From Candidatus Saccharimonadota bacterium (GTDB lineage: Bacteria; Patescibacteriota; Saccharimonadia; Saccharimonadales; JAGQNJ01), in contig DAISWO010000003.1 of NCBI GenBank assembly GCA_036826295.1, positions 42,018 to 106,017 of the forward strand: 64,000 nt of DNA, given 5' to 3'. A program made the translations under genes and the position numbers. Shown in pieces: positions 16,364 to 25,666 of the stretch. Below the pieces are notes generated by a model that searched no databases, was not told where the DNA came from, and worked only from the letters and a program-made list of their open reading frames with translations. Within the stretch, counting starts at the first letter, position 1. Each line of letters opens with the position of its first letter.

Positions 16364-17403
16364 TGATTATAGTTTTTATCGTGAATTGCTTTATGATAAA
16401 AATAATATCCGGGAGGAAGCTGTATTGTCATATTGATAATCCTATAGGTTATTGTAATCGGCAGACTCACCCCAGCCGGGACCCCAGCAGAAGCCAAAAC
16501 TCCAGTCATCAAAAATTCGTATACACCTACACCCCCAGGAAAAACTGATATGACTCCGGCAAAGTTAGCCACTGCATAAGCTATAATTACAGCTCCAGGA
16601 TTTACCCACTGCGCAAACGCAATATAAACTATATAAATAGTTATTATCTCTGCAATATTCGCTAGCAAGGCTGAGACCAAAGGACGCTTTAGAACTTTAG
16701 GGTTTTTTCTTATTAACATATAGTTTTCATGCAAATCTGTAAATAAATCCTGAACCGTCTGCACACTTATAGTTTCCGGGTGTCTACGACGAAAAACATG
16801 AATCAATCGATTTAATATATTTGTTAGAAAAGTAAAAAAGCTATTAATACGCTGTTTACTGCCAAGAATATATGCCCCGATGAATGAACCAATAAATAAT
16901 AGTGTTGCCAATGAGCCAGCGACTAAAATTGCCAAGTTGCTCGCTTGGCCACCTATGGCAAGAATGATCAAACCAGCTGCTAACAGTATCTGAAACGATA
17001 TAAATACTAGAATGTATTTCATGAACTGAACGAGAGTGGACTGGCCGCCGCTTACACCCATACTTTTCATCCTAACCCCAAAATAAGACACTCCTGTTAC
17101 TCCGCCACTAGGAAACACAGTATTCACGAAGTTAAGCTCTAGCTGTACGCGGAACATTTTTAAATATCTTATTCGTTTATTAAGTATGTAGAACAAATCT
17201 TGATACATCTGAGAATAGGCATGGTAATTTAAGATCTGTGCTGGAACCATCAAGAACAATGCAAACTTTTTCAAGTTCCCGACATTAGATACGGTCTCCC
17301 CTATTTGGTCTCTTGTGACATAAAACAAACCAGCTAACGCCAAGAACGTCACGACGTTAATGATTAGCTTCCAAGGTGTTTTTTTCTGTTGTTCTTCAGA
17401 CAT
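16360..17403 (-). CDS. Polytopic membrane protein, UPF0104/MprF-TM-like (flippase-like) family, putative
   Basis: 347 aa, about 8 TM segments, Lys-rich N-terminus. Resemblance to lysyl-PG synthase TM-region proteins is by eye only. Confidence 0.5.
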   Translation of the reverse strand: MSEEQQKKTPWKLIINVVTFLALAGLFYVTRDQIGETVSNVGNLKKFALFLMVPAQILNYHAYSQMYQDLFYILNKRIRYLKMFRVQLELNFVNTVFPSGGVTGVSYFGVRMKSMGVSGGQSTLVQFMKYILVFISFQILLAAGLIILAIGGQASNLAILVAGSLATLLFIGSFIGAYILGSKQRINSFFTFLTNILNRLIHVFRRRHPETISVQTVQDLFTDLHENYMLIRKNPKVLKRPLVSALLANIAEIITIYIVYIAFAQWVNPGAVIIAYAVANFAGVISVFPGGVGVYEFLMTGVLASAGVPAGVSLPITITYRIINMTIQLPPGYYFYHKAIHDKNYNQ

Positions 17404-17443
17404 AAGTATTATGTTTATTTATTATACCGTCTATACTTTAACT

Positions 17444-18628
17444 ATGCACAATAAAACTATTTGTATCCTTGGCAGACTACCCTCTATTGCTACCGCCGAG
17501 CTTGAAAGCTTATTCGGGGCGGATCGGATTACAAAACTCTCTTCCGAATCAGTTCTTTTAAACGAAGATCCAAGTATTATTAATTATTCTCGTCTTGGCG
17601 GTACTGTAAAAACGTGTAAATTATTACATATTTTTGAAGAAAAAAATTGGTCGAAAGTCGAGTCCTACCTAGAGAACCAACTCCCCAATCACATTAATGA
17701 TAACAAAAAATTAACATTAGGGTTGAGTGCTTACAGTGTAGCTGTAAATCCTAGTCAGCTATTAAAAACAGGTCTTAAATTAAAGAAACAAATTAAAAAA
17801 CTTGGTACTTCGTTTAGGCTAGTCCCTAATAATGACCCTGCACTATCAAGTGCCCAAGTATATCACAACAAATTAACTAAGCCTGGTTCATTAGAGCTTT
17901 GTTTTGTTGGCTCTGGTAATAAGATTTATATGGGGCAAACTGTAGACGTTCAAGACATTAACGCTTACTCTGCCAGAGATCAAGCCCGACCTAAACGTGA
18001 TGCCCGAGTAGGCATGTTATCACCAAAACTAGCCCAGACAATCATAAACTTAGCTAACCCTAAAGCAGAAGATATTATTTTAGATCCATTCTGCGGAACT
18101 GGAGTCATCCTGCAAGAAGCACTACTTATGGGTTTCGCCGTAGCCGGGACTGATTTAGAGCCACGAATGATTGAATATACCCATGAAAATATTGAGGTTT
18201 GGCTCGCAGGCAAATACCCTGATTTTAAAGATAAGGTCAATCTAAAAATCGCCGACGCCACCTCTGTTATTTGGAATAATGCCGAAGGTATTCAATTTGA
18301 TTCGCTTGCCAGTGAAACCTATTTAGGACGCCCACTAAGCTCACTTCCAAGCATGGCTATACTTGATCAAATCATCAGGGATGTTGATACAATATTAAAA
18401 AAGTTTTTAAAAAATCTCGCCAACCAAACAAATCCAGGATTCCGTCTATGTATAGCAGTCCCCGCCTGGAAAACTCACTCCGATTTTTTGCACCTTCCAC
18501 TCCTTGACCATCTCGAGAGATTAGGCTATACTCGTATGAAGTTTACTCACGCAGATGATAAAGATTTGATCTATCATCGTGAAGGTCAAATTGTTGGTCG
18601 TGAATTAATAGCATTAACTAGGAAGTAG
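17444..18628 (+). CDS. SAM-dependent methyltransferase, UPF0020/Trm11-like (RNA or DNA methylase)
   Basis: Motif I is ILDPFCGTGVILQEA. The motif IV position reads SETYLG instead of (D/N)PPY. Start trimmed to ATG 17444 (MHNKTICILG) because the track start overlaps the upstream divergent gene. Confidence 0.55.
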   Translation: MHNKTICILGRLPSIATAELESLFGADRITKLSSESVLLNEDPSIINYSRLGGTVKTCKLLHIFEEKNWSKVESYLENQLPNHINDNKKLTLGLSAYSVAVNPSQLLKTGLKLKKQIKKLGTSFRLVPNNDPALSSAQVYHNKLTKPGSLELCFVGSGNKIYMGQTVDVQDINAYSARDQARPKRDARVGMLSPKLAQTIINLANPKAEDIILDPFCGTGVILQEALLMGFAVAGTDLEPRMIEYTHENIEVWLAGKYPDFKDKVNLKIADATSVIWNNAEGIQFDSLASETYLGRPLSSLPSMAILDQIIRDVDTILKKFLKNLANQTNPGFRLCIAVPAWKTHSDFLHLPLLDHLERLGYTRMKFTHADDKDLIYHREGQIVGRELIALTRK

Positions 18629-18633
18629 TAAAT

Positions 18634-18906
18634 ATGTCACATGTCAAAGCGGGCGGTACTAGTAAGAATAACAGAGACTCTCAAGGTCAAAGACTTGGCG
18701 TTAAGCTTTTTGGTGGTCAACCAGTAAAAACCGGACAAGTAATTGTCAGACAAATCGGGATGACAAAGCGCCCTGGTAACGGTACATTCATGAGCCGTAA
18801 CTTCACTATCCACGCTGCTAAAGATGGCGTAGTTGGCTTTAAAACACGTAAAGTTAAACGTTTTACTGGTAAAACTGCCAGACGAACCGAAGTAACCGTA
18901 GAATAA
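18634..18906 (+). CDS. rpmA: 50S ribosomal protein L27
   Basis: MSHVKAGGTSKNNRDSQGQRLGVKLFGG is a classic bL27 N-terminus. Confidence 0.93.
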   Translation: MSHVKAGGTSKNNRDSQGQRLGVKLFGGQPVKTGQVIVRQIGMTKRPGNGTFMSRNFTIHAAKDGVVGFKTRKVKRFTGKTARRTEVTVE

Positions 18907-18907
18907 A

Positions 18908-19177
18908 TTAAGTAAGATTTGCCGTTCGAGGAGGTAATCCGTTTCTAGCTCGAATTGCCCTATCGGCTGCATCAACACCCATTTGTTGAATTGTTCTTGT
19001 TCTGACTTTATCGCCCTCTGATTCAGCTTTAGGAGGTCTTACCGCAGCTGCTTCAGCGGCTGCTGTTGCTATTTCTCCTTCAGTTAATTGACGCCTGACT
19101 GGCGCGATAGGTAATTCTCTAAGTGCTAATTCATCTGCTGTTGGTACGTGGTCTATAATTTTTCTTTGTTCACCCAT
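18908..19177 (-). CDS. Hypothetical Ala/Arg-rich protein
   Basis: 89 aa. Good SD (AGAGGA) 7 nt upstream of the ATG. No recognisable domain. Confidence 0.45.
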   Translation of the reverse strand: MGEQRKIIDHVPTADELALRELPIAPVRRQLTEGEIATAAAEAAAVRPPKAESEGDKVRTRTIQQMGVDAADRAIRARNGLPPRTANLT

Positions 19178-19368
19178 ATATATCCTCTATCTAAAAATCA
19201 ATTGACTTCGTTATGGCTGTACTCAAAATGGCATCGTTAAATGTATCAAAGCCGTTTACGGGAAAATTGTCTTGATTGGTTTGTTTTTGATTCATGTTTA
19301 TTTTCCATTCTTAAGGAATATATACAGTATACATTATGCTTGTGTTTTTGTCAATATTAGATTAATTA

Positions 19369-19746
19369 CTAAACACCAAGATGGTGTTTAACTCGTTCTA
19401 CTACGTCGGCAATTACTACCTGCGATTTGACCATGTAGTCATCTGCACCTAATTTTTGGGCTTTTTCTTTATCGCTGTCCTGACTAAGGGCCGTGAGCAT
19501 GACCACCTTCATATTCGCCGTCTCTGGAGTATTTCGCAGAATATCAAGCACGTCAAAGCCACTTACTTTTGGCATCATCACATCTAATAATATTAGATCC
19601 GGCCGAAATTCCACTGCTGCAGCCAGGGCGTCTTCACCGTTCGGTACTCTATGTACGCTGAATCCCTCCGTTTCAAGACGCATGCGATAGACGTTCGCTA
19701 ACCCATCATCATCCTCAACTAATAATATTTTCTTTTGATTGCTCAT
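19369..19746 (-). CDS. Single-domain response regulator (CheY-like), canonical
   Basis: LLVEDDD, DLILLDVMMP, MLTA and K (YMVKS) are all present. No partner kinase lies in the window. Confidence 0.85.
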   Translation of the reverse strand: MSNQKKILLVEDDDGLANVYRMRLETEGFSVHRVPNGEDALAAAVEFRPDLILLDVMMPKVSGFDVLDILRNTPETANMKVVMLTALSQDSDKEKAQKLGADDYMVKSQVVIADVVERVKHHLGV

Positions 19747-19771
19747 GTATATATTGATAATGCTAAATTAT

Positions 19772-21391
19772 TTATGACTTTTTAGCAAGTAAACTCTCTA
19801 CGAATCCTTTAAATAATGGCTGTGGTTTGTTCGGTCGCGAATTAAATTCAGGATGAAACTGCGATGCTACAAAGAATGGATGATTTACCCCTTCAATCAC
19901 CTCTACTAATCGCTTATCTGGCGACAACCCTACAGCTTTGATGCCCCAATCTTTATAGCTTTCTCGATACTCATTATTACATTCATAGCGATGCCTATGT
20001 CGACCAATTATTTTTTTGCTTTTGTAATACTTGGCAGTTAAAGAATCCTTGTCAAGATCACACGGATAATTACCGAGTCGCATTGTTCCGCCTGTATTTT
20101 CCAAACCTTTTTGTGAGTTCATAGTACTGACAACTTGAAAATCACTTTGCGAATTAAGCTCCGTACTGGTCGCGTCCGAAACCCCCGCATTTCTGGCTGC
20201 AGCGATTACTGCCATCTGCAAGCCAAGACAAAGCCCAAGATAAGGAACTTTGTGTTTTAACGCGTACTGCGCCGCTTTAATCTTACCTTCCAGTGCTCTT
20301 TCCCCGAAACCGCCAGGAACAATAATGCCATCAACTTTGTCAAAGGTCTTTTTCAATTGAGATTGCGTCATAGCCTCACATTTTTCGGCATCAATCCAGT
20401 GATATTCAATCCCAACCTTACTATGCCATCCAGCACTTTTTAAGGCTTCTATAACGCAGATATAAGTGTCTTCGTTATCCAAGTATTTCGCAACTAGTCC
20501 AACTTTTACCTTCCTGCTAGGTTTGTCCATAATAGTTGCAACCATATCTCGCCACTCTTTCATGTGAGAACGTTTATGCTTGAGACCTAATTTTTTCACT
20601 ACATAGTCACCTATTCCTTGATCTTCTAAAGTCAAGGGGACTTGATAAACACTTTTGGCATTCGGCAATAAGGCAATACCATCTTCTGACACTCCACAAA
20701 AAGTACTCAATTTTTGTTTTACCCGCTTACTATTAGGAGATTCCTCACATCTCGCTACGAGCAGGTCCGGCATAATACCCATACTCCTGAGCTCTCTAGT
20801 GGCATTTTGAGCGGGTTTTGTCTTTATCTCCTTACTTGCAGCTAAATACGGTAAATAAACAACCTGAACGTTAATACAGTTTTCCTGCCCCGCTCGCGTT
20901 CGATATTCTCGTATCGCCTCAAAAAAAGCTGGACTCTCATAGTCTCCCACCGTTCCTCCGATTTCGACAATATGTACATCAAACCCTTGGCTGGCCTGGT
21001 CGATATAATTTTGTATTGCGTCTGTAAAGTGCGGGACAACTTGGACTGTTTTTCCTAGATATTTACCATCTCGTTCGTCCTGAATCAGCTTCCGCAAAAC
21101 TCTCCCACTCATTACCGAACTTGAGGAAGTTAACTCAACATCTAAAAACCTTTCGTAATGGCCTAGGTCTAAATCAGTTTCCGATCCGTCCGCAGTAACA
21201 AAACATTCACCATGCTCTGCTGGATTTAACGTGCCCGCATCAACATTTAAGTATGGATCGAGTTTTTGGATATTTACAGAAAGCCCTCTACTCTTTAGAA
21301 TATTTCCGATTGAGGCGGCAGTTATACCCTTACCGAGTCCTGAAAGAACTCCGCCTGTTACAAAAATATACTTAGTAGGTCTTTTTGCCAC
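19772..21391 (-). CDS. pyrG: CTP synthase
   Basis: 539 aa. KYIFVTGGVLSGLGKGI N-terminus and the glutamine amidotransferase motif GLCLGLQ. Confidence 0.95.
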   Translation of the reverse strand: MAKRPTKYIFVTGGVLSGLGKGITAASIGNILKSRGLSVNIQKLDPYLNVDAGTLNPAEHGECFVTADGSETDLDLGHYERFLDVELTSSSSVMSGRVLRKLIQDERDGKYLGKTVQVVPHFTDAIQNYIDQASQGFDVHIVEIGGTVGDYESPAFFEAIREYRTRAGQENCINVQVVYLPYLAASKEIKTKPAQNATRELRSMGIMPDLLVARCEESPNSKRVKQKLSTFCGVSEDGIALLPNAKSVYQVPLTLEDQGIGDYVVKKLGLKHKRSHMKEWRDMVATIMDKPSRKVKVGLVAKYLDNEDTYICVIEALKSAGWHSKVGIEYHWIDAEKCEAMTQSQLKKTFDKVDGIIVPGGFGERALEGKIKAAQYALKHKVPYLGLCLGLQMAVIAAARNAGVSDATSTELNSQSDFQVVSTMNSQKGLENTGGTMRLGNYPCDLDKDSLTAKYYKSKKIIGRHRHRYECNNEYRESYKDWGIKAVGLSPDKRLVEVIEGVNHPFFVASQFHPEFNSRPNKPQPLFKGFVESLLAKKS

Positions 21392-21457
21392 CTATACTCC
21401 CCTAATTAATCAATCCAAATATTACCATATCTGGACTGACTTTAAAAATATAATGGG

Positions 21458-22702
21458 CTATTTCTGTAGTTCATCAATCGCGTAGTCAAGTTGAGGGTCC
21501 TTATTTGCTTTTATGTCCTTGACGCCACGATTTACTCTTTTATCGGGCGCTATCCCTTCTTTGTCTATATTTCTACCATTTGGTGTAAACCATCTGGCCA
21601 CAGTAATTTTAAGTAGTCCTCCGCTCGATACTGGCGTAAGTTGTTGGACGCTACCCTTTCCATAGCTATCCTGACCTACTAATTTTGCACGATTATTATC
21701 TTTTAATGCTCCGGCAACTATCTCGCTTGCACTTGCACTACCCTCATCGATTAACACGATCGTATTTAGTCCGCCAAGTATGTTATCGCCAGAGGCTTTA
21801 TGTACGTCAACTGTAGTATTACCTCGCTTTTCCTCAACAACTATTTGTCCTTTGTCTAACCAAATGCTAGAGACCTCCACTGAAGATTCAAGAAGCCCCC
21901 CAGGATTGCCTCGAAGATCTAATACGATTGCTGTGGCATTTTTTGCTTTCAACTCCGAAGCAGCCTGTTTGGTTAAGTCAGCCGTATCATCGGCAAACCT
22001 CGATATTTTAATGTAGCCAACATTCCCTTCTTTCATTGACCATTCTACACTTGGTATCTTTATATTCTCTCTCTTTATTGATATTACTTGCTTGTCTTCG
22101 TCTTCTCTCAGAATCGTTAATTCTACTTCTGTGCCTGATTCGCCTCGAATCTTTTCTACTGCTTCGGTTAGTGTCATGTCATAAGTATTGTCACCATTTA
22201 TTTCTGCAATAACGTCTTTTGGCATTAACCCAGCTTTATCAGCTGGGTAACCGCTTATCGGTGACACCACAACAAGCAAATCATTCTCTTTAGACAGTTC
22301 TGCTCCAATTCCACTAAATGCACCATTCAATTCACCGTCGAAATCATTAGCTTCTTTTTCACTTAAATACTCTGTATAGGGATCGCCAGTGGCAGTAGCT
22401 AATCCGTTTTTCAAGCCATTCATAACATCTTCAATTTTTAATTCACCATCATAATTTTTTCGAATGATATCGTATACATCATTAACAGATTGATAATCTA
22501 ATTTACTTGGCAAAGTATCGTTCTCTGTTTGAATACGATTATTGTTCAGTAGTGAGATATTAAATTGATCTGATCCAATTGACCAGCCGGCAACAAACAA
22601 TAACGCACCAATAAAAACAGTACTAAATAATGAGACCTTCCTAGTCTGCCGCTTTTTATTGTATTGTGCTTGGCCTTGTTCCAAAATTTGTCTGCCCCTC
22701 AA
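21458..22702 (-). CDS. S41 family C-terminal processing protease with PDZ domain
   Basis: N-terminal TM, PDZ region, catalytic GSASASE and K in YGKGSVQ. Confidence 0.85.
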   Translation of the reverse strand: MRGRQILEQGQAQYNKKRQTRKVSLFSTVFIGALLFVAGWSIGSDQFNISLLNNNRIQTENDTLPSKLDYQSVNDVYDIIRKNYDGELKIEDVMNGLKNGLATATGDPYTEYLSEKEANDFDGELNGAFSGIGAELSKENDLLVVVSPISGYPADKAGLMPKDVIAEINGDNTYDMTLTEAVEKIRGESGTEVELTILREDEDKQVISIKRENIKIPSVEWSMKEGNVGYIKISRFADDTADLTKQAASELKAKNATAIVLDLRGNPGGLLESSVEVSSIWLDKGQIVVEEKRGNTTVDVHKASGDNILGGLNTIVLIDEGSASASEIVAGALKDNNRAKLVGQDSYGKGSVQQLTPVSSGGLLKITVARWFTPNGRNIDKEGIAPDKRVNRGVKDIKANKDPQLDYAIDELQK

Positions 22703-22767
22703 TTTTATCGTTACACTTAACTTAACATTAATTAACTTCTTCTGCTACGCTAGACTGATAGAACATA

Positions 22768-23976
22768 TTAAAAATGTATGAATACAAGCCCAGCTGTACT
22801 AATTCTTGCAGTCGAATAGTAACCATTTAGGCCGGCATTGTATTGGCTCACAAATATTGTCCCATCGCCGTATACATGCTCTACGTACATTGCGTGACCG
22901 TAAAATCCAGAGTTACTAATTGCCACGACACCTACTCCATTTGGATTGTTGTTAACCGGTAAACCGGCCGCACGGGCGTTTTCGTCCCATTGATTAGCAT
23001 TTCCGATACCACCCCAATAAGGCATATGTTTTCCAACACTCCACACCTTCCAGGCTGTGTAGCTAACACATTCTCGGTTATACATTCCCCATGTATCGAT
23101 TATCGAATCCATTGGCGCATGACACCAGGCTTTTGGATATCCGCCACAATTTGCAGCCGATCCAGTTGGGACATTCCCTCCAAACAGTACCGCATTAGCT
23201 GCAGCCTGTTGAGCCCGAAGCTTGGCAATCTCTGAATTAGTCTTTTTTATCTTAGAATCAAGTTGATTTTGTTGACTTTGGTTCAGTCCAAGCAAAGACG
23301 CCTGCTCACTCTTGCTCTCATTAATACTCGCCTGTCGAGTTTTTAGGTCTTCTGCATTTGCTGCCAATAAGTCTTTTTTATCTTTTAATTGATTTCTAAG
23401 CTCATTAACCTGATCAAGGGTTTCTTTAATTTTACTCTGGACAGAATTTCGATACTGTTGTTTGTCGATAAATTCGCTAAGGTCTTTACTGGACGCTAAC
23501 ATTTCTAATGTTGAAATGTCCCCCTCTACATACATCTCTCGAATATTTAAGCCAAGCAAAGACCTCTGTTTATCTAATTCCTTCTGGGCTTGACGAATAT
23601 CTTTTTCTAAATTATCGATTTTTGACTGAGTCTCAATAATTTGCGATTGTAGGGTATTAATTTGTTTTTGGAGCTTTGCAATAGCATCCTCTAGGTCACT
23701 TGCTTCCGAGCCAAGTTGCTCTAAATTAGAACTAGTTTTATCATTTTGTTCACTCAACTGTTGAATTTTCTCGTCAAATTGATCTGCAAAGACAGTGGTT
23801 AATCGGCTTCCGCCTCCAAACAAAGCCAGAATCATAATAAATACAGCAACGAATCTGCCGCTAATGGCAATCTTTTTCAGAATGTTGTTGTTGGTTGATT
23901 TTTGTTTCACAGTATTTGTTAATTCGTGACGTTTATTTAACATAAGTATTATAGCATGTCCTCCTGTATTTGACAA
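22768..23976 (-). CDS. Coiled-coil + CHAP domain peptidoglycan hydrolase (PcsB-like)
   Basis: Long coiled coil followed by CHAP with Cys (NRECVSYTAWKV) and His (GHAMYVEHV). Immediately downstream of ftsEX. The true start may be an internal Met. Confidence 0.8.
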   Translation of the reverse strand: MSNTGGHAIILMLNKRHELTNTVKQKSTNNNILKKIAISGRFVAVFIMILALFGGGSRLTTVFADQFDEKIQQLSEQNDKTSSNLEQLGSEASDLEDAIAKLQKQINTLQSQIIETQSKIDNLEKDIRQAQKELDKQRSLLGLNIREMYVEGDISTLEMLASSKDLSEFIDKQQYRNSVQSKIKETLDQVNELRNQLKDKKDLLAANAEDLKTRQASINESKSEQASLLGLNQSQQNQLDSKIKKTNSEIAKLRAQQAAANAVLFGGNVPTGSAANCGGYPKAWCHAPMDSIIDTWGMYNRECVSYTAWKVWSVGKHMPYWGGIGNANQWDENARAAGLPVNNNPNGVGVVAISNSGFYGHAMYVEHVYGDGTIFVSQYNAGLNGYYSTARISTAGLVFIHF

Positions 23977-23986
23977 TTATTTAATA

Positions 23987-24937
23987 TTATTTTGAACTCT
24001 TGAACTTAAGATAGCGGCGAGTAGCGATAATTGAAGAAAGGCCTCCGATGAACACTCCAATACTAAGTTGAATAATTAAGATTTGCCAGAAGTATTTTGC
24101 AAAATAATCGCTAGCGTATTGAATATCTAGTAGTCCTAGTGTGCTAGCACTAAAAGCGTTAGTTTGTACCGCAAAAACGGCACTACATAATGTGACGGAG
24201 ATTATAGCTGATATTATTCCGTACAATATCGTTTCTACTACAAACGGGCCTCTTATATACGAGGTACTCGCACCCAACAATCGCATAATTGCTAACTCTT
24301 CTCTTCTGTTAAAAATAGCCATTCTAATCGTATTGAAAATTATTAACATCGAGATCATAGCAAAAACTACCACGCTAACCACACCCGCTCGGCGAATAAA
24401 AGTAGTCGCCGTGGCAATTTTATCAATTGCCTCTTTCCTGTCTCCAGAATATGAAGTCTCTTCTGATTGGAGTTTTTTTATGTCTGGACTCTCTAAGAAG
24501 GCTTTTATTGGTTGAATATTATCTGTGTTAATTGGCTTTATAAGCAAGCTTGCAGGCAACGGGTTGTCGGTCTGCGAAATTGCAACCAATAAATCAAGGT
24601 TATCTTTATTCTGTTCTTTGTATCTTGCTAATGCATCATCTTTGGAAATATATTCTACTGACTTGATATTTTCTAGCGCCTTTATGTTTGTGATTAACTG
24701 GTCTCGCTGATCTTGGTTATTAGCTACATCATCTGTTAAATATACTGAAATATCAATTTTGTCGGTAATTTGGACAATTGTATTGGCAAATGTCGCATTA
24801 GCAATGACTGAGAACAACATTATTGACAGAGTTATAACCATAACAGCGATAGCAGCGACTGCCAGCCACGCATTTCGAACAAAGTTAACAACACCGCTCT
24901 TAAGTATTCTCTCGAACTGGATCAATTTCCTTTTCAT
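23987..24937 (-). CDS. ftsX: Cell division permease-like protein FtsX
   Basis: 316 aa with 4 TM segments and a large extracellular loop. Follows ftsE with a 1-nt gap. Confidence 0.88.
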   Translation of the reverse strand: MKRKLIQFERILKSGVVNFVRNAWLAVAAIAVMVITLSIMLFSVIANATFANTIVQITDKIDISVYLTDDVANNQDQRDQLITNIKALENIKSVEYISKDDALARYKEQNKDNLDLLVAISQTDNPLPASLLIKPINTDNIQPIKAFLESPDIKKLQSEETSYSGDRKEAIDKIATATTFIRRAGVVSVVVFAMISMLIIFNTIRMAIFNRREELAIMRLLGASTSYIRGPFVVETILYGIISAIISVTLCSAVFAVQTNAFSASTLGLLDIQYASDYFAKYFWQILIIQLSIGVFIGGLSSIIATRRYLKFKSSK

Positions 24938-24938
24938 A

Positions 24939-25628
24939 CTAAGCCGTGTAATTTCCTCTAGCTTTATCGCTAACTATCTTACCTTTTTCAATTGTTATGA
25001 CTCGTCTTTTAAGCTTGTTGACGATATCTTGATTGTGAGTCGTCAGAAGTACGGTGGTACCATATTTATTAATTCTCTCTAACACCTTAATAACGTCCCA
25101 GGCATGAGCTGGGTCAAGGTTACCAGTAGGTTCGTCCGCTATTAGGATTTTTGGCTGGCGTGCGATGGCTCTGGCTATAGCAGCTCGTTGTTTTTCCCCT
25201 CCCGATAATTGCCATGGATATTGTTTTTCTTTTCCTTTTAATCCTACTATTGATAATACTCGTGGCACAGTATGCTTTATTTCGCTATTACTAGCCCCTA
25301 CTATTTCTAGCGCAAACGCAACATTTTCATACGTCGTTTTGTTGGGCAATAATTTAAAATCTTGAAAAACTACGCCAATCTTTCGGCGAATTAACGGAAT
25401 CCTCTTATCTTTAAGATGCTCGTAATCGATTCCACCTACAACAATTTTGCCACTGTTAGGGCGCTCTTCTCTTGTTAACAATTTTAGAAAAGTTGATTTT
25501 CCAGCTCCACTCGGACCTACAATAATTACGAATTCTTTTGGTTCAACGTGCAAGCTAACTCTATCTAATGCAACGTTAGTTTTGTTGTATACCCTAGTTA
25601 CTCTATCTAATAAAATCACGGGTAACAT
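24939..25628 (-). CDS. ftsE: Cell division ATP-binding protein FtsE
   Basis: Walker A GPSGAGKST, signature LSGGEKQR, Walker B ILIADEP. Confidence 0.9.
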   Translation of the reverse strand: MLPVILLDRVTRVYNKTNVALDRVSLHVEPKEFVIIVGPSGAGKSTFLKLLTREERPNSGKIVVGGIDYEHLKDKRIPLIRRKIGVVFQDFKLLPNKTTYENVAFALEIVGASNSEIKHTVPRVLSIVGLKGKEKQYPWQLSGGEKQRAAIARAIARQPKILIADEPTGNLDPAHAWDVIKVLERINKYGTTVLLTTHNQDIVNKLKRRVITIEKGKIVSDKARGNYTA

Positions 25629-25666
25629 TATAGCAAAAGCACTATGACTTCCATAGCGCAGATTAT

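Noticed and set aside
17360-17443. N-terminal extensions proposed by the ORF track: 17360 for the methylase, 44123 for rpmE, 55854 for ileS, 59808 for nrdR, 2882 for GH1.
   Set aside because: The extensions use GTG/TTG starts, overlap SD sequences, leaders or neighbouring genes, and add non-conserved residues. Internal ATGs with better context match the family N-termini.
18634-18906. rpmA (L27) is about 34 kb away from rplU (L21, 52532-52843) instead of forming the usual rplU-rpmA operon.
   Set aside because: This is a real observation, but operon splitting of ribosomal protein genes is common in reduced genomes. No associated signal suggests anything further.
19191-19295. 34-codon minus-strand ORF (MNQKQTNQDNFPVNGFDTFNDAILSTAITKSIDF) just upstream of the 89-aa hypothetical gene.
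   Set aside because: It has no convincing SD, no recognisable features, and is too short to support from sequence alone.
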